Made by a program: the position numbers and the translations under genes
Shown here: piece after piece, positions 28,216 to 39,636 of the stretch
How the letters are laid out: the number at the start of each line of letters is the position of its first letter
Numbering within the stretch: the first letter of the stretch is position 1
The notes under the pieces: model-generated
Told to the model about the DNA's origin: nothing
Seen by the model: the letters and a program-made list of their open reading frames with translations, nothing else
Database searches by the model: none
NCBI GenBank assembly: GCA_001701075.1
Contig: DAAK01000131.1
Coordinates: 1-47,077, forward strand
Source: Bacteroidales bacterium GP3
Lineage (GTDB): Bacteria > Bacteroidota > Bacteroidia > Bacteroidales > Muribaculaceae
DNA length: 47,077 nt
Reading direction: 5' to 3'

Positions 28216-29571
28216 TTATTCTATCACAACGTTTTCGGAGTCGTTGGTGATGAAGAGTGGACGGTCATCGGGAGAGGAGGACTCTATCGAGATGTTGCGG
28301 AAGAAGATGTCTTTGGTGTGATTGAGCCAGAACCCTTGTGCCGGAAGGATTCCCCACATAGTTGATTCTGGATAATCCTTTATTTTTTCATCGGTAGGAG
28401 CCGGTGTGATAGGTTGACCTCCCGCATGTCGGATTTTAATATCGTGTAGCAGTATGTCTTTGACTGGATGTCCGGCAAGTCCTGTTATCGAACTTCCTGT
28501 CGGCCCTGCATCTTCTATCAGGATATCATGAAGCACAACTCCACTGATTGATCCTATTCCTTCAATTGGATGGTCTTTTGAATAGGGTCGTGCACGATCG
28601 GCAAGACGAATGAAGATGGGCGATTCTGTACCTTTAATAGTAATGTCGGAGATATCTATGTTGTGCATCGTGCCTCCATCCACTATCTCAAGTGAAATCG
28701 CAGAATGTCCTATGCCACCTGGATATCCAAAAAACTGAGATGACTGATCTGAGGATGGCTTGACGGCTATCCCGCGGATAATAATATTGCGGAAACCTCC
28801 GTTAGTTTCCGTGCCAAGTTTGATAGCATTGCAATGTGATGAAACCACACAGTTGGAAATGACAATATCTTCGCAAAGACGAGGGGAAGTGCTCTTGAGC
28901 GTTATGGCATCATCATCAGAATCAGCTATCATATTAGTCACGGTGACATTATGGCATCCGTCCAGATCCAGGGCATCATTATTGTAGTTGTTGCGGTTGA
29001 ATACCGTTATGCCATCAATACGAAGTCGGTCACAGGCAAGATAATGCTGCATCCAGCAACCGGAATTTTTAAGAGTGATTCCTCTGACAGTGATGTCTTT
29101 GCCCCGAATGATGCGCAACAGATGTGGACGTGTGATACCTTCATCATTCCAAGAAAGCTTTGGGAATGCTTTGCCACGTCCGTCGATTGTTCCGGAACCA
29201 GTAATCGAAACGTTTTCCACAGAATCAGCATAAATTAGCTGAATGGTCGGAATGCCTGTACGAAGAGATACATAACTGCTTGTTATCGGCGTGTAGTCTT
29301 GTATATTTGTGCTCCCATAGAGTGTTGCTCCCTCTTCAAGATAAAGATGCACATTACTTTTTAGCTGTATAGAGCCTGTCTTGAAGTCACCGGATGGCAC
29401 CACTACCCTGCCACCTCCCGACTTTGAACATTCGTCGATGGCTTTCTGGATTGCATAAGTTGAGAGTATTGTAGTGTCAGCTACTGCTCCGTAATCTGAA
29501 ATATTGAAAGTGCGAGCTGACAAAGACAAGTTAGCAAAAGCAATAAGGGATAAAAATAATCGAAGCTTCAT
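28216..29571 (-). CDS. GH28 polygalacturonase-family glycoside hydrolase
   Basis: Signal peptide; AIQKAID, GTIDGRG, NNDALD, SDDDAITLKS, AIKLGTE beta-helix motifs. Confidence 0.88.
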   Translation of the reverse strand: MKLRLFLSLIAFANLSLSARTFNISDYGAVADTTILSTYAIQKAIDECSKSGGGRVVVPSGDFKTGSIQLKSNVHLYLEEGATLYGSTNIQDYTPITSSYVSLRTGIPTIQLIYADSVENVSITGSGTIDGRGKAFPKLSWNDEGITRPHLLRIIRGKDITVRGITLKNSGCWMQHYLACDRLRIDGITVFNRNNYNNDALDLDGCHNVTVTNMIADSDDDAITLKSTSPRLCEDIVISNCVVSSHCNAIKLGTETNGGFRNIIIRGIAVKPSSDQSSQFFGYPGGIGHSAISLEIVDGGTMHNIDISDITIKGTESPIFIRLADRARPYSKDHPIEGIGSISGVVLHDILIEDAGPTGSSITGLAGHPVKDILLHDIKIRHAGGQPITPAPTDEKIKDYPESTMWGILPAQGFWLNHTKDIFFRNISIESSSPDDRPLFITNDSENVVIE

Positions 29572-29599
29572 GGTTAAGAAGTTTAATGGCTATTTATTG

Positions 29600-29699
29600 C
29601 AAAATTAGCAAATAATTTCTTTTGTGCAAAATTTTCAATTAAATATAAAATGATACTACAATCATTGTTTGCTTAAGTATTAGTTTTTTATTACCTTTG
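29600..29699. promoter_or_regulatory. Divergent promoter pair (GH28 / thioredoxin)
   Basis: Minus strand: TAATTTTG (29600-29607) with TTTG at 29627-29630. Plus strand: TTTG (29668-29671), 20 nt, TACCTTTG (29692-29699). Confidence 0.65.
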
Positions 29700-29726
29700 C
29701 AAGTGAAATATAAATCAGATGATAAA

Positions 29727-30233
29727 ATGAAGAAGATTGTAACAATAGCGGCTTTGCTGCTGACAATTATGTGCATTAGTGCTCAGACAAAAGTGAAGGT
29801 ATATGATGAGACAATAAATCCGAATACCCAAATTACAGAAGCTATAACCAAAGCTTCCTCTAACGGGAAGTTTGTTGTAGCTCAATTAGGTGGCAACTGG
29901 TGTAAATGGTGCATCAGATTTGCAAAGTTCGTGGAGGCTGATCCTGAAATCAAGAAACTGGTAGACGATAATTTCGAATTTATACACGTCAACTACAATC
30001 CGCGTAATCCGGAATCTACTATCGAGGAGGCATCTACAAAAGCAGCCTTGAAAAGATTAGGTAATCCTGTCCGTTTCGGATATCCTGTATTGGTAGTGCT
30101 TGATACCGAAGGCAATGTCATACATACTCAAGATTCCGGTTTTCTTGAGTCAGGCGATGGATATGACAAAGAAAAAGTCACCCGCTTCTTTGAAACTTGG
30201 ACTCCTGAAGCTGTCAAGTCATCAAAAATGTAA
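29727..30233 (+). CDS. Secreted thioredoxin-family protein
   Basis: Signal peptide MKKIVTIAALLL...ISA-Q; GGNWCKWC; RFGYPVLVVLD. Confidence 0.88.
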   Translation: MKKIVTIAALLLTIMCISAQTKVKVYDETINPNTQITEAITKASSNGKFVVAQLGGNWCKWCIRFAKFVEADPEIKKLVDDNFEFIHVNYNPRNPESTIEEASTKAALKRLGNPVRFGYPVLVVLDTEGNVIHTQDSGFLESGDGYDKEKVTRFFETWTPEAVKSSKM

Positions 30234-30286
30234 TCTGAAAAAGATTCTTGCATATTTCTGAAAAAAATTGTAATTTTGCATACTGA

Positions 30287-31915
<1,629 letters not shown>

Positions 31916-31918
31916 AAA

Positions 31919-31973
31919 CAGACAACTGAAATCTGATATCTGACAACTGACAACTGAAATCTGAAAACTAAAT
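31919..31973 (+). repeat. Heptamer tandem repeat (CTGAnAn, about 8 copies) filling the pyrG-ABC-F junction
   Basis: CAGACAA CTGAAAT CTGATAT CTGACAA CTGACAA CTGAAAT CTGAAAA CTAAAT, then C-ATG. Confidence 0.85.
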
Positions 31974-31974
31974 C

Positions 31975-33957
31975 ATGGTAAGTGTCAACGACCTGACAAT
32001 GGAATTTTCTGCACGTCCGATTTTTTCGGACGTGAGTTTCGTTATCAATAAAACCGACAAGATTGGCCTTGCTGGGAAAAATGGTGCTGGCAAATCAACA
32101 TTGCTAAAGATAATAGCCGGACTTCAACAACCCACTTCAGGAACGGTCTCAAAACCATCTGAAGTCACGATCGGTTATCTTCCTCAGCAGATGAAGTTGG
32201 CTGATGACACTTCCATCATAAACGAAGCACGCAAGGCTTTTGCTCACATTGATGAGCATAAGGCTCATCTCGAAGATCTCAATAATCAGCTTGCAACTCG
32301 CACCGATTATGAAAGCGATTCGTATGCCCAACTTATCGAGGACATCGAATATCTTAATGATCGTCTTTCTTTGGAAGGTGCCGACAATATGGAGGCTGAA
32401 GTGGAAAAGACACTGTTGGGACTTGGTTTCAACAGAGATGATTTCGACCGTCCTACATCGGAATTTTCCGGCGGATGGCGTATGCGCGTTGAACTGGCCA
32501 AGATTCTTCTTCAGAAACCAGACCTCCTTCTCCTTGACGAGCCTACCAATCATCTTGATATCGAGTCTATCCAATGGCTTGAGCAGTTCTTGCAGACTAA
32601 AGCCAAAGCCGTGATGCTTGTGAGTCATGACCGTGCTTTTCTTGATAATGTGACTCGACGCACAATAGAAATATCTTGTGGAAAGATATATGACTATAAA
32701 GTGAGCTATACTCCATATACAGAGTTAAGGAAAGAACGTGTAGAGCAGCAGATGCGGGCGTATGAAAACCAGCAAAAGCAGATTGCTGACATAAAGGCTT
32801 TCATCGAGCGGTTCCGATATCAAGCTACAAAAGCTATCCAGGTGCAGAGTCGCATCAAGCAGCTTGAAAAGATTGTCCCTATAGAGGTGGATGAGGTAGA
32901 CAATTCTCACTTGCGTCTCAAATTTCCTCCAGCCCCCCGTTCAGGCGACTTCCCTCTGATTCTTGAAGATGTAGGAAAAGCATATGGGGATCATCAGGTG
33001 TTTGACCATGCTGAATTCAGAATACGACGTGGCGAAAAGGTGGCTTTTGTTGGCAAGAACGGCGAAGGAAAGTCAACTCTCGTGAAGTGTATAATGGGTG
33101 AGATAGACTATACAGGAATTCTTAAACTTGGGCATAATGTCAAGATTGGATATTTTGCCCAGAATCAGGCTCAGTTGCTCGATGAGAATCTGACTGTATT
33201 CGAAACTATCGACAACGTTGCTGTTGGCGACATCAGATTGAAGATAAGGGATATCCTTGGAGCATTCATGTTTGGAGGTGAGGCTTCAGACAAGAAAGTG
33301 AAGGTGCTTTCCGGAGGAGAAAAGACACGTCTTGCCATGATCAAGCTCCTTCTGGAACCTGTAAATTTCCTTATCCTTGACGAACCTACCAATCATCTTG
33401 ACCTAAAGACAAAGGATATCCTGAAAGAAGCTATCCGTGAATTTGATGGGACTGTTATCATCGTCAGCCACGACCGTGACTTCCTTGACGGACTTGTAGA
33501 AAAGGTCTATGAATTTGGAGGCGGAAAGGTTAAGGAAAATCTCGGAGGTATCTACGACTTCTTGCGTTCGAAGAATCTTGAGAACCTTCGTGATCTTGAA
33601 CTTACTAAATCTCCGACAGGGAAACTGGCCGCATCTTCTCAAGAACCTATACCAGATGCAGATCCCACAACAAAACCCACCCAGAAAGAAGCTGCTCAGA
33701 CTCAGAGCACTCCAAGGCTTTCATATGCCGAGCAAAAAGCGAGAGAAAAGATTGTAAAGAAGGCTGAGAAGAAAGTGAAGGATGCGGAAGAGGAAATCTC
33801 ACGTCTCGAGGCTTTACAAAAGGAAATAGAAGATAAGATTGCCGCTGGAGATACATCTCAGGAAACTCTCGACGCTTATGCCAAGGCACAGAAGGACCTT
33901 GAAAATGGAATGTCGATATGGGAACTCGCAACAATGGAACTCGAAGAACTAAAATAA
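31975..33957 (+). CDS. ABC-F family ribosome-associated ATPase
   Basis: Two ABC domains (GKNGAGKST, FSGGW, LDEPTNHLD; GKNGEGKST, LSGGE, LDEPTNHLD), linker, C-terminal coiled coil, no TM segments. Confidence 0.93.
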   Translation: MVSVNDLTMEFSARPIFSDVSFVINKTDKIGLAGKNGAGKSTLLKIIAGLQQPTSGTVSKPSEVTIGYLPQQMKLADDTSIINEARKAFAHIDEHKAHLEDLNNQLATRTDYESDSYAQLIEDIEYLNDRLSLEGADNMEAEVEKTLLGLGFNRDDFDRPTSEFSGGWRMRVELAKILLQKPDLLLLDEPTNHLDIESIQWLEQFLQTKAKAVMLVSHDRAFLDNVTRRTIEISCGKIYDYKVSYTPYTELRKERVEQQMRAYENQQKQIADIKAFIERFRYQATKAIQVQSRIKQLEKIVPIEVDEVDNSHLRLKFPPAPRSGDFPLILEDVGKAYGDHQVFDHAEFRIRRGEKVAFVGKNGEGKSTLVKCIMGEIDYTGILKLGHNVKIGYFAQNQAQLLDENLTVFETIDNVAVGDIRLKIRDILGAFMFGGEASDKKVKVLSGGEKTRLAMIKLLLEPVNFLILDEPTNHLDLKTKDILKEAIREFDGTVIIVSHDRDFLDGLVEKVYEFGGGKVKENLGGIYDFLRSKNLENLRDLELTKSPTGKLAASSQEPIPDADPTTKPTQKEAAQTQSTPRLSYAEQKAREKIVKKAEKKVKDAEEEISRLEALQKEIEDKIAAGDTSQETLDAYAKAQKDLENGMSIWELATMELEELK

Positions 33958-33962
33958 CAACT

Positions 33963-35924
33963 ATGCCCCACGGAATAAATCAAAAAAATCTTGACATCAC
34001 CACTTCCCCGAAGGAGGATTTTTATCAATATAGCAATGGCGGATGGATGCTTGAGCATCCATTGACTGCAGAATACTCACGATTCGGTATGTTTGACTAC
34101 CTTCGTGAAAATGCTCGCGATCAACTGAAAGAACTTATTCTGAATCTTGCAGACCATGAAGATGCCAAAACTCCAGGCACGGTAGCACAAAAGGTAAGCG
34201 ACCTATATGCTATGGGTATGGATGAAAAGCGACTCAATGAAGAAGGTCACGAGCCTCTTATGCCGTTGCTTGATAAGATTGCGAATGCAGATACTTCAAA
34301 AATTGAAGAATTGCTTGCTTGGCAACATATGGGAATTGGAAGCAGCTTTTTCGGAACTGGAGTTGGCACGGATGCGATGAACTCTGATATGAATATCCTT
34401 CATATTGGAGAAGTCGGTCTTGGCCTTGGCGACCGTGATTATTATTTGGAAGAGGGGGAGCAGAATGCTAAGATATTAGATGCATACCATACTTATGTCA
34501 AACGAGTAATGGAGCTTATCGGTTATGATGAAGAGGCTCAGGAGAGAGTATGGAATGCAGTGATCAAGCTTGAAACGGAGTTCGCGCGAAATAAGATGCC
34601 ACGTGAGGATAGAAGAGACCCAAGGAAGCGCTATAATATAATGACAATCGATGAGATCAAGTCAAATTATCCTCTTTTTGACTGGGATAGATATTTCAAT
34701 CTGTTGGGACTCGAGAATGTTGATAAGGCAAATGTGGCTAATCCTGCATTCACACAATTCATCACCTCATATATTCCTACTCTTAGTGCTCAGGAAATCA
34801 AGGATTATATGACGTTTGAGACTGTTAATGATGCCACTAACTTATTAAGTGACGATTTCATCAATGCAAGTTTCGAACTTTATGGCCGGGTCATGAGTGG
34901 CACAGAAGAGCTAAAGCCACGTTGGAAGAGATCAATGGCTATTCCCAACTCCATGCTTGGAGAGGCTGTCGGAAAACTCTATGTCGAGAAATATTTCCCA
35001 GAGGAAAACAAGGAATATATGAAAAATCTTGTTGAAAATCTGCGGAAGTCACTTGGAAAGCATATTGAAAGTCTGACTTGGATGAGTGAAGAGACAAAGG
35101 CAAAAGCTCTTGATAAACTTTCCACGTTCACAGTTAAGATAGGTTATCCGGATAAATGGAAAGACTATTCAGAGATTCATATAGATCCTAAAAAGTCGTA
35201 TCTTGAGAATGTGCTTGAGGCTTCAAAATGGTATGTCAAGGATAATTATGCCAAAATGAACAAACCCGTCGACAAGGAAGAATGGCATATGACCCCACAG
35301 ACAGTTAATGCATACTATAATCCTACTACCAATGAGGTTTGCTTTCCTGCAGCCATACTTCAGCCACCTTATTTCGACCCGAATGCTGACGATGCCCTGA
35401 ATTATGGAGCAATCGGTGTTATTATTGGGCATGAGATGACACATGGATTCGATGATAGCGGTCGTCAATTTGATAAAAACGGAAATCTTGCAGAATGGTG
35501 GACCCAAGAGGATGCTGATCGTTTCAAGGCTCTTGCAGACAAGCTTGTGGCTCAATTCGACGCTATTGAGGTTGCTCCTGGTGTTCATGCTAATGGACGC
35601 TACACTCTTGGCGAAAACATAGCAGATCAGGGTGGTTTGAGAATTGCTTTGACAGCTTATCTCGATAGTCAGAAAGACAAAATGCAGGAGGATATTGACG
35701 GCTTTTCCCCATTGCAAAGATTCTATATCGCTTATGCTAATGTATGGGCTGGAAACATTCGTGAAGAGGAAATAAAACTTAGCACGAAGACTGATCCACA
35801 CTCTTTGGGTAAACTAAGAGTGAATGCAACTCTCAAGAATATTGATGAATTTTTCGATACTTTTGAAATAAAGGAAGGTGACGATATGTGGCGTCCTAAA
35901 GAAGAAAGGGTTGTGATATGGTAA
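33963..35924 (+). CDS. pepO: M13 family metallopeptidase (PepO-like)
   Basis: DFYQYSNGGW, KIGYPD, VNAYY, HEMTHGFDD, GENIAD; likely start MPHG at 33963. Confidence 0.92.
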   Translation: MPHGINQKNLDITTSPKEDFYQYSNGGWMLEHPLTAEYSRFGMFDYLRENARDQLKELILNLADHEDAKTPGTVAQKVSDLYAMGMDEKRLNEEGHEPLMPLLDKIANADTSKIEELLAWQHMGIGSSFFGTGVGTDAMNSDMNILHIGEVGLGLGDRDYYLEEGEQNAKILDAYHTYVKRVMELIGYDEEAQERVWNAVIKLETEFARNKMPREDRRDPRKRYNIMTIDEIKSNYPLFDWDRYFNLLGLENVDKANVANPAFTQFITSYIPTLSAQEIKDYMTFETVNDATNLLSDDFINASFELYGRVMSGTEELKPRWKRSMAIPNSMLGEAVGKLYVEKYFPEENKEYMKNLVENLRKSLGKHIESLTWMSEETKAKALDKLSTFTVKIGYPDKWKDYSEIHIDPKKSYLENVLEASKWYVKDNYAKMNKPVDKEEWHMTPQTVNAYYNPTTNEVCFPAAILQPPYFDPNADDALNYGAIGVIIGHEMTHGFDDSGRQFDKNGNLAEWWTQEDADRFKALADKLVAQFDAIEVAPGVHANGRYTLGENIADQGGLRIALTAYLDSQKDKMQEDIDGFSPLQRFYIAYANVWAGNIREEEIKLSTKTDPHSLGKLRVNATLKNIDEFFDTFEIKEGDDMWRPKEERVVIW

Positions 35925-36709
35925 AAGAAGAATATGGATTGATTGGGAAGACACTTGGCCATTCATTTTCAGCTAAATATTTCAATGAAAAATTTGAAAG
36001 AGAAGGAATACCGGCAAGGTATGATCTCTACCCTCTTTCAAGTATTGATTTATTGCCGACACTAATATCTGACCATCCTCTACTGAAAGGACTTAATGTA
36101 ACTATTCCTTACAAAGTTGATGTGCTGAAATATCTTGACTCACTTAGCGAAGAAGCTGAGGGAATAGGGGCTGTCAATGTAATCAAAATTACAAGAGACG
36201 AGGCATCTGGAAGCACATACTTAAAGGGATATAATTCTGATGCGTATGGCTTCACTGAATCAATGAAGGAAGTTCTGAATTCAGCTGGTTTTGTTGCAGA
36301 CAAAGAGGATAAGAGGCCAGTGGCTTTGGTTCTTGGTACAGGTGGTGCTTCAAAGGCAGTGGTTTGGTCGATGCATAATCTTGGTTTTGACACTCAACTT
36401 GTAGGAAGAAACCATCGTGAAGACTGTCTGGCATATTCAGAACTGACTCCTGAGACAGTGTATAATGCCAAGGTTGTGGTCAATTGCACTCCTCTCGGCA
36501 CGAGTCCTGATGTCAATCAAGCTGCACCGTTTCCATATGAGTATCTCCATAACGGACAAGTTTGTTTCGACCTTGTATACAATCCGGCAGAAACACTTTT
36601 CATGAAATTATGCAAGGCACATGGATGTGTGGTAAGCAATGGGTTGGAAATGCTGCGTCTGCAGGCAGTGGGTGCTTGGAAAATTTGGAACGAAGATAAG
36701 GAAGAATAA
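35918..36709 (+). CDS. aroE: Shikimate dehydrogenase
   Basis: LGHSFS, GLNVTIPYK, GAVN, GYNSD, LGTGGA, NCTPLG, DLVYNP, NGLEML. Confidence 0.95.
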   Translation: MVKEEYGLIGKTLGHSFSAKYFNEKFEREGIPARYDLYPLSSIDLLPTLISDHPLLKGLNVTIPYKVDVLKYLDSLSEEAEGIGAVNVIKITRDEASGSTYLKGYNSDAYGFTESMKEVLNSAGFVADKEDKRPVALVLGTGGASKAVVWSMHNLGFDTQLVGRNHREDCLAYSELTPETVYNAKVVVNCTPLGTSPDVNQAAPFPYEYLHNGQVCFDLVYNPAETLFMKLCKAHGCVVSNGLEMLRLQAVGAWKIWNEDKEE

Positions 36710-38184
36710 TGCATCGGGGACCATTGATTCCTGTGCTTTCGCTTGCCGGAGGCATAATTCTATCCAAGCTATTAGAGATGCCCTGGTGGGTCGGATCAAT
36801 ACCCATAGCTTTGGCTATAACCTTATATCTTTTCATTTTAAGATCATCGTCAGACCCCGTGTCAGCTTTTAGGTTGGGCAAATGGCACATAGCATGGGTC
36901 ATATTGCTTTTTGTGGGAATTGGTGTGACTGATGAATCCCTTTCGCGACCCAATACCCTTCAAAAGAGTTTTGGCGGTCATGTCCCAGATACCTTGTACT
37001 GTGAAGTGACGGGTGTCTTGACAAAGACATATGGGGAAAGATTAGATGTCATCATTGAAGGGACAAATGGTGCCAAGGCACGAATCAGGACCGGTGTGAC
37101 GCAATTATCACCTGGGGATATCATCAAAATACCTTCCAAACGAATCAAGGATGTTTCTGCCGATACTACAGAGATCGGAAGGAAAATCATGCCAATGATG
37201 AAAGCTTCCGGAATCTTATATACCGGCAGAATTTCACCCACTCGGATAGAAGTTGTAGGACGAAGTAAAAATATACGCTACTTCTTCATTGACCTTCGGG
37301 AGCATATAGAGACCAAAATTGAGACCAGTCATCTGTCTAAGCCGACAGCGGATTTCCTTAAAGCTATTCTGATGGGTGATAAGACTGGTATTGACGAGCA
37401 GACAAGACTTACATTCGCAAATGGCGGAATGGCTCATATGCTTGCACTCAGCGGACTCCATATCGGTATACTCGCAGGGTTTCTTATGCTCCTTTTGATA
37501 CCCATAAAGCTTGCAGGCAGATACAAATGGGGTTATGTGCTTGCTATCATAATCTTATGGCTATATGTGGCAGTCACAGGTTTTGCATATTCTTCTGTAA
37601 GAGCCTGCATAATGACAACATTTGCGTTTATAGCAATCGTCGCAGAACGAAAGAATTTTGCCAGCAATGCGCTATTTTCAGCTTGCCTGCTGATATTGCT
37701 CTTTGATCCCAGTGCACTCTTTGATGCAGGGTTCCAGCTTAGTGTGGTTTGTGTAGGAGCTCTAATCGCTTTCGCTTCCCCCTTGAATCCTATCGGACAT
37801 CGTAATCATCCCATACTCTTTACAATTTGTGGCGCTTTGATTGCAACTATGGTGGCTACCGCCGCCTCATGGGTGTTGACCTCCTATTATTTTTCCCAGA
37901 TACCCCTTATGTTTCTGCCTTCCAATCTTCTTCTCCTCCCCTTACTTCCTGCATATCTTTCGGTAGGAGCTATCTACACTGGATGCCTATGTGCAGGATT
38001 GGAGATAAGATGGATAGGAAGATTGCTTGATTATGGTTATGATTTTCTTCTCAAAGGGACGGAAACACTTTCAGGAGGTCAGGAGTTTGTAATCAACCAT
38101 CAGATTCCTCTATGGGGAGTAGCTCTTTGGCTAGTAGTCATTGCTGTAGGTGCTTATATATTAAATAGAAAGAACTTTAGATGA
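36709..38184 (+). CDS. comEC: ComEC/Rec2 family competence membrane protein (no C-terminal beta-lactamase-like domain)
   Basis: AILMGDK, GMAHMLALSGLHIG, SSVRA, GFQLS; many TM helices. Confidence 0.9.
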   Translation: MHRGPLIPVLSLAGGIILSKLLEMPWWVGSIPIALAITLYLFILRSSSDPVSAFRLGKWHIAWVILLFVGIGVTDESLSRPNTLQKSFGGHVPDTLYCEVTGVLTKTYGERLDVIIEGTNGAKARIRTGVTQLSPGDIIKIPSKRIKDVSADTTEIGRKIMPMMKASGILYTGRISPTRIEVVGRSKNIRYFFIDLREHIETKIETSHLSKPTADFLKAILMGDKTGIDEQTRLTFANGGMAHMLALSGLHIGILAGFLMLLLIPIKLAGRYKWGYVLAIIILWLYVAVTGFAYSSVRACIMTTFAFIAIVAERKNFASNALFSACLLILLFDPSALFDAGFQLSVVCVGALIAFASPLNPIGHRNHPILFTICGALIATMVATAASWVLTSYYFSQIPLMFLPSNLLLLPLLPAYLSVGAIYTGCLCAGLEIRWIGRLLDYGYDFLLKGTETLSGGQEFVINHQIPLWGVALWLVVIAVGAYILNRKNFR

Positions 38185-38876
38185 GAGCGACCATAGATTT
38201 TTTAGCAGAAAGGTTTCATAGATTCAATCAGGATATATTTGGCAATGCCCTTCCAGTGCCAGTGATGCATATATCACAGGCTCGGTCGTTTATGGGGCAA
38301 TTTAAGGTGGAACGTCAATCTTCCTTACTAAGGAAAGCCAATGAGACATACCATCTTACGTTGAGCAGTCGCTATGATCTTGAAGAACAAGTATTGGAAG
38401 ATGTCATGATACATGAAATGATTCATTATCTGATTCATTTTAAGAAATTAAAAGACACTTCCAGTCATGGCAAGCATTTTCGAAGCATGATGTTGGAAAT
38501 CAACCGACGTTTTGGACGCCATATCACAGTCAGCCACCGATGTTCGAAAACAGAGCTTGAAAGTGATGCATCAAAGGCTCATTCAATAGTATGTCTGTGC
38601 ACAATGACCGATGGCAGGAAATTAGTCTGCCGTGTATCTCAGAGTAAAGTATTTGAGATTCACCGGGCATTTCAGGAATGGGACAAGGTGGAAACGGAAG
38701 AGTGGTATTGGGTCTATGGAAGCTATTTCAATCGCTATCGTAGGGTTCTGACTCCCCGATTGTTTACTGTTGACAATGAAGGTTTGTCAGTTATAGCCTC
38801 TGGGACTATTCTTGAATTTGCTGAAGTATCGGGAGGAAGGACAATCTTGCGTCCAGCCGGACGGATAGTGCGTTGA
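38181..38876 (+). CDS. SprT-like zinc metalloprotease domain protein
   Basis: FNQDIFGNALP, IHEMIHY, SHGKHF; ATGA overlap with the comEC stop. Confidence 0.85.
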   Translation: MRATIDFLAERFHRFNQDIFGNALPVPVMHISQARSFMGQFKVERQSSLLRKANETYHLTLSSRYDLEEQVLEDVMIHEMIHYLIHFKKLKDTSSHGKHFRSMMLEINRRFGRHITVSHRCSKTELESDASKAHSIVCLCTMTDGRKLVCRVSQSKVFEIHRAFQEWDKVETEEWYWVYGSYFNRYRRVLTPRLFTVDNEGLSVIASGTILEFAEVSGGRTILRPAGRIVR

Positions 38877-39628
38877 TATCCTACTTTGCGATAATCTTCA
38901 CGATTTAATGGGAGGGAGGTCAACTGAATGCTGTCGATGAGCACTCGTTTCGTAGGATTGCCAAAATCAGCTGTTGCAAAAATACGGTTTACAGTCAGTG
39001 ATGAATCTGTCTGAAGTGACAATTCAACCCATTTGTCAAATCCCTTGTTTGATACCTTATAAATATCAGATGTGCCATTTTCATAGTCAACGCCAAGAGT
39101 GAGATTGCGTGATGAAGCACCTTCTACCATCATCTTCCATGTAATTTTGTCGCCCGGCGTAATATCTGTGACAGGAATATTGACGATTATACCATCTGTC
39201 AAAGAGCGATTATCAAGTACAAAATGACGGTTATATGGCCATAGATCGGCAGAAGAACCTTCGTAATTAGATTCTCCTGCTGCTCTTGCATATTTCAATT
39301 GCCTCTTGTTGAGTTCTGCGTCAATTTTCTTATATAATTTCGGATATTGGTCCATGTTCCTGCCATACCATGCAAGAGTACTGTCCATTTCCTCTACAGT
39401 GACGCCATGTTGCATAAGAATGCCTCTGCCAAGAAGTTCCCGGTTCTGACCATTCAGGTATCCATTTGCATTTCCTGAGCGTTCGTATGCTTCAGCTATC
39501 TGGATATCTACCATTACCGCCACCATTTTATCTTCGCTAAGAATATTCTTTGGGCGTTTGGAGCATCCGGTGGCCATAAGAATCAGAATCGCTGATATGC
39601 AAAGGTATTTCTTATACATTCTACCCAT
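38735..39628 (-). CDS. DUF4296-like lipoprotein
   Basis: Lipobox MATG-C; RPKNILSEDKMVAVMVDIQIAEA...MDSTLAWYGRN; follows lspA. Confidence 0.8.
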   Translation of the reverse strand: MGRMYKKYLCISAILILMATGCSKRPKNILSEDKMVAVMVDIQIAEAYERSGNANGYLNGQNRELLGRGILMQHGVTVEEMDSTLAWYGRNMDQYPKLYKKIDAELNKRQLKYARAAGESNYEGSSADLWPYNRHFVLDNRSLTDGIIVNIPVTDITPGDKITWKMMVEGASSRNLTLGVDYENGTSDIYKVSNKGFDKWVELSLQTDSSLTVNRIFATADFGNPTKRVLIDSIQLTSLPLNREDYRKVGYQRTIRPAGRKIVLPPDTSANSRIVPEAITDKPSLSTVNNRGVRTLR

Positions 39629-39636
39629 AACAATGA

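Noticed and set aside
31919..31973. Repeat arrays as CRISPR
   Set aside because: Units are 7-9 bp with no unique spacers, and there are no cas genes.
31975..33957. ABC-F as an antibiotic-resistance determinant
   Set aside because: Housekeeping context and no leader peptide or attenuator visible; subfamily cannot be assigned without an HMM search.
33918..33962. Upstream start for the M13 peptidase; likewise ORF-track starts at 193, 14388, 19256, 20818, 29697 and 40332
   Set aside because: These extensions overlap upstream genes or promoter boxes, or use TTG; downstream ATGs give better signal peptides or family N-termini.
35223..35801. 192-aa minus-strand ORF, and the many other 60-190 aa ORFs nested in annotated genes
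   Set aside because: Antisense or out-of-frame shadows of confidently identified genes.
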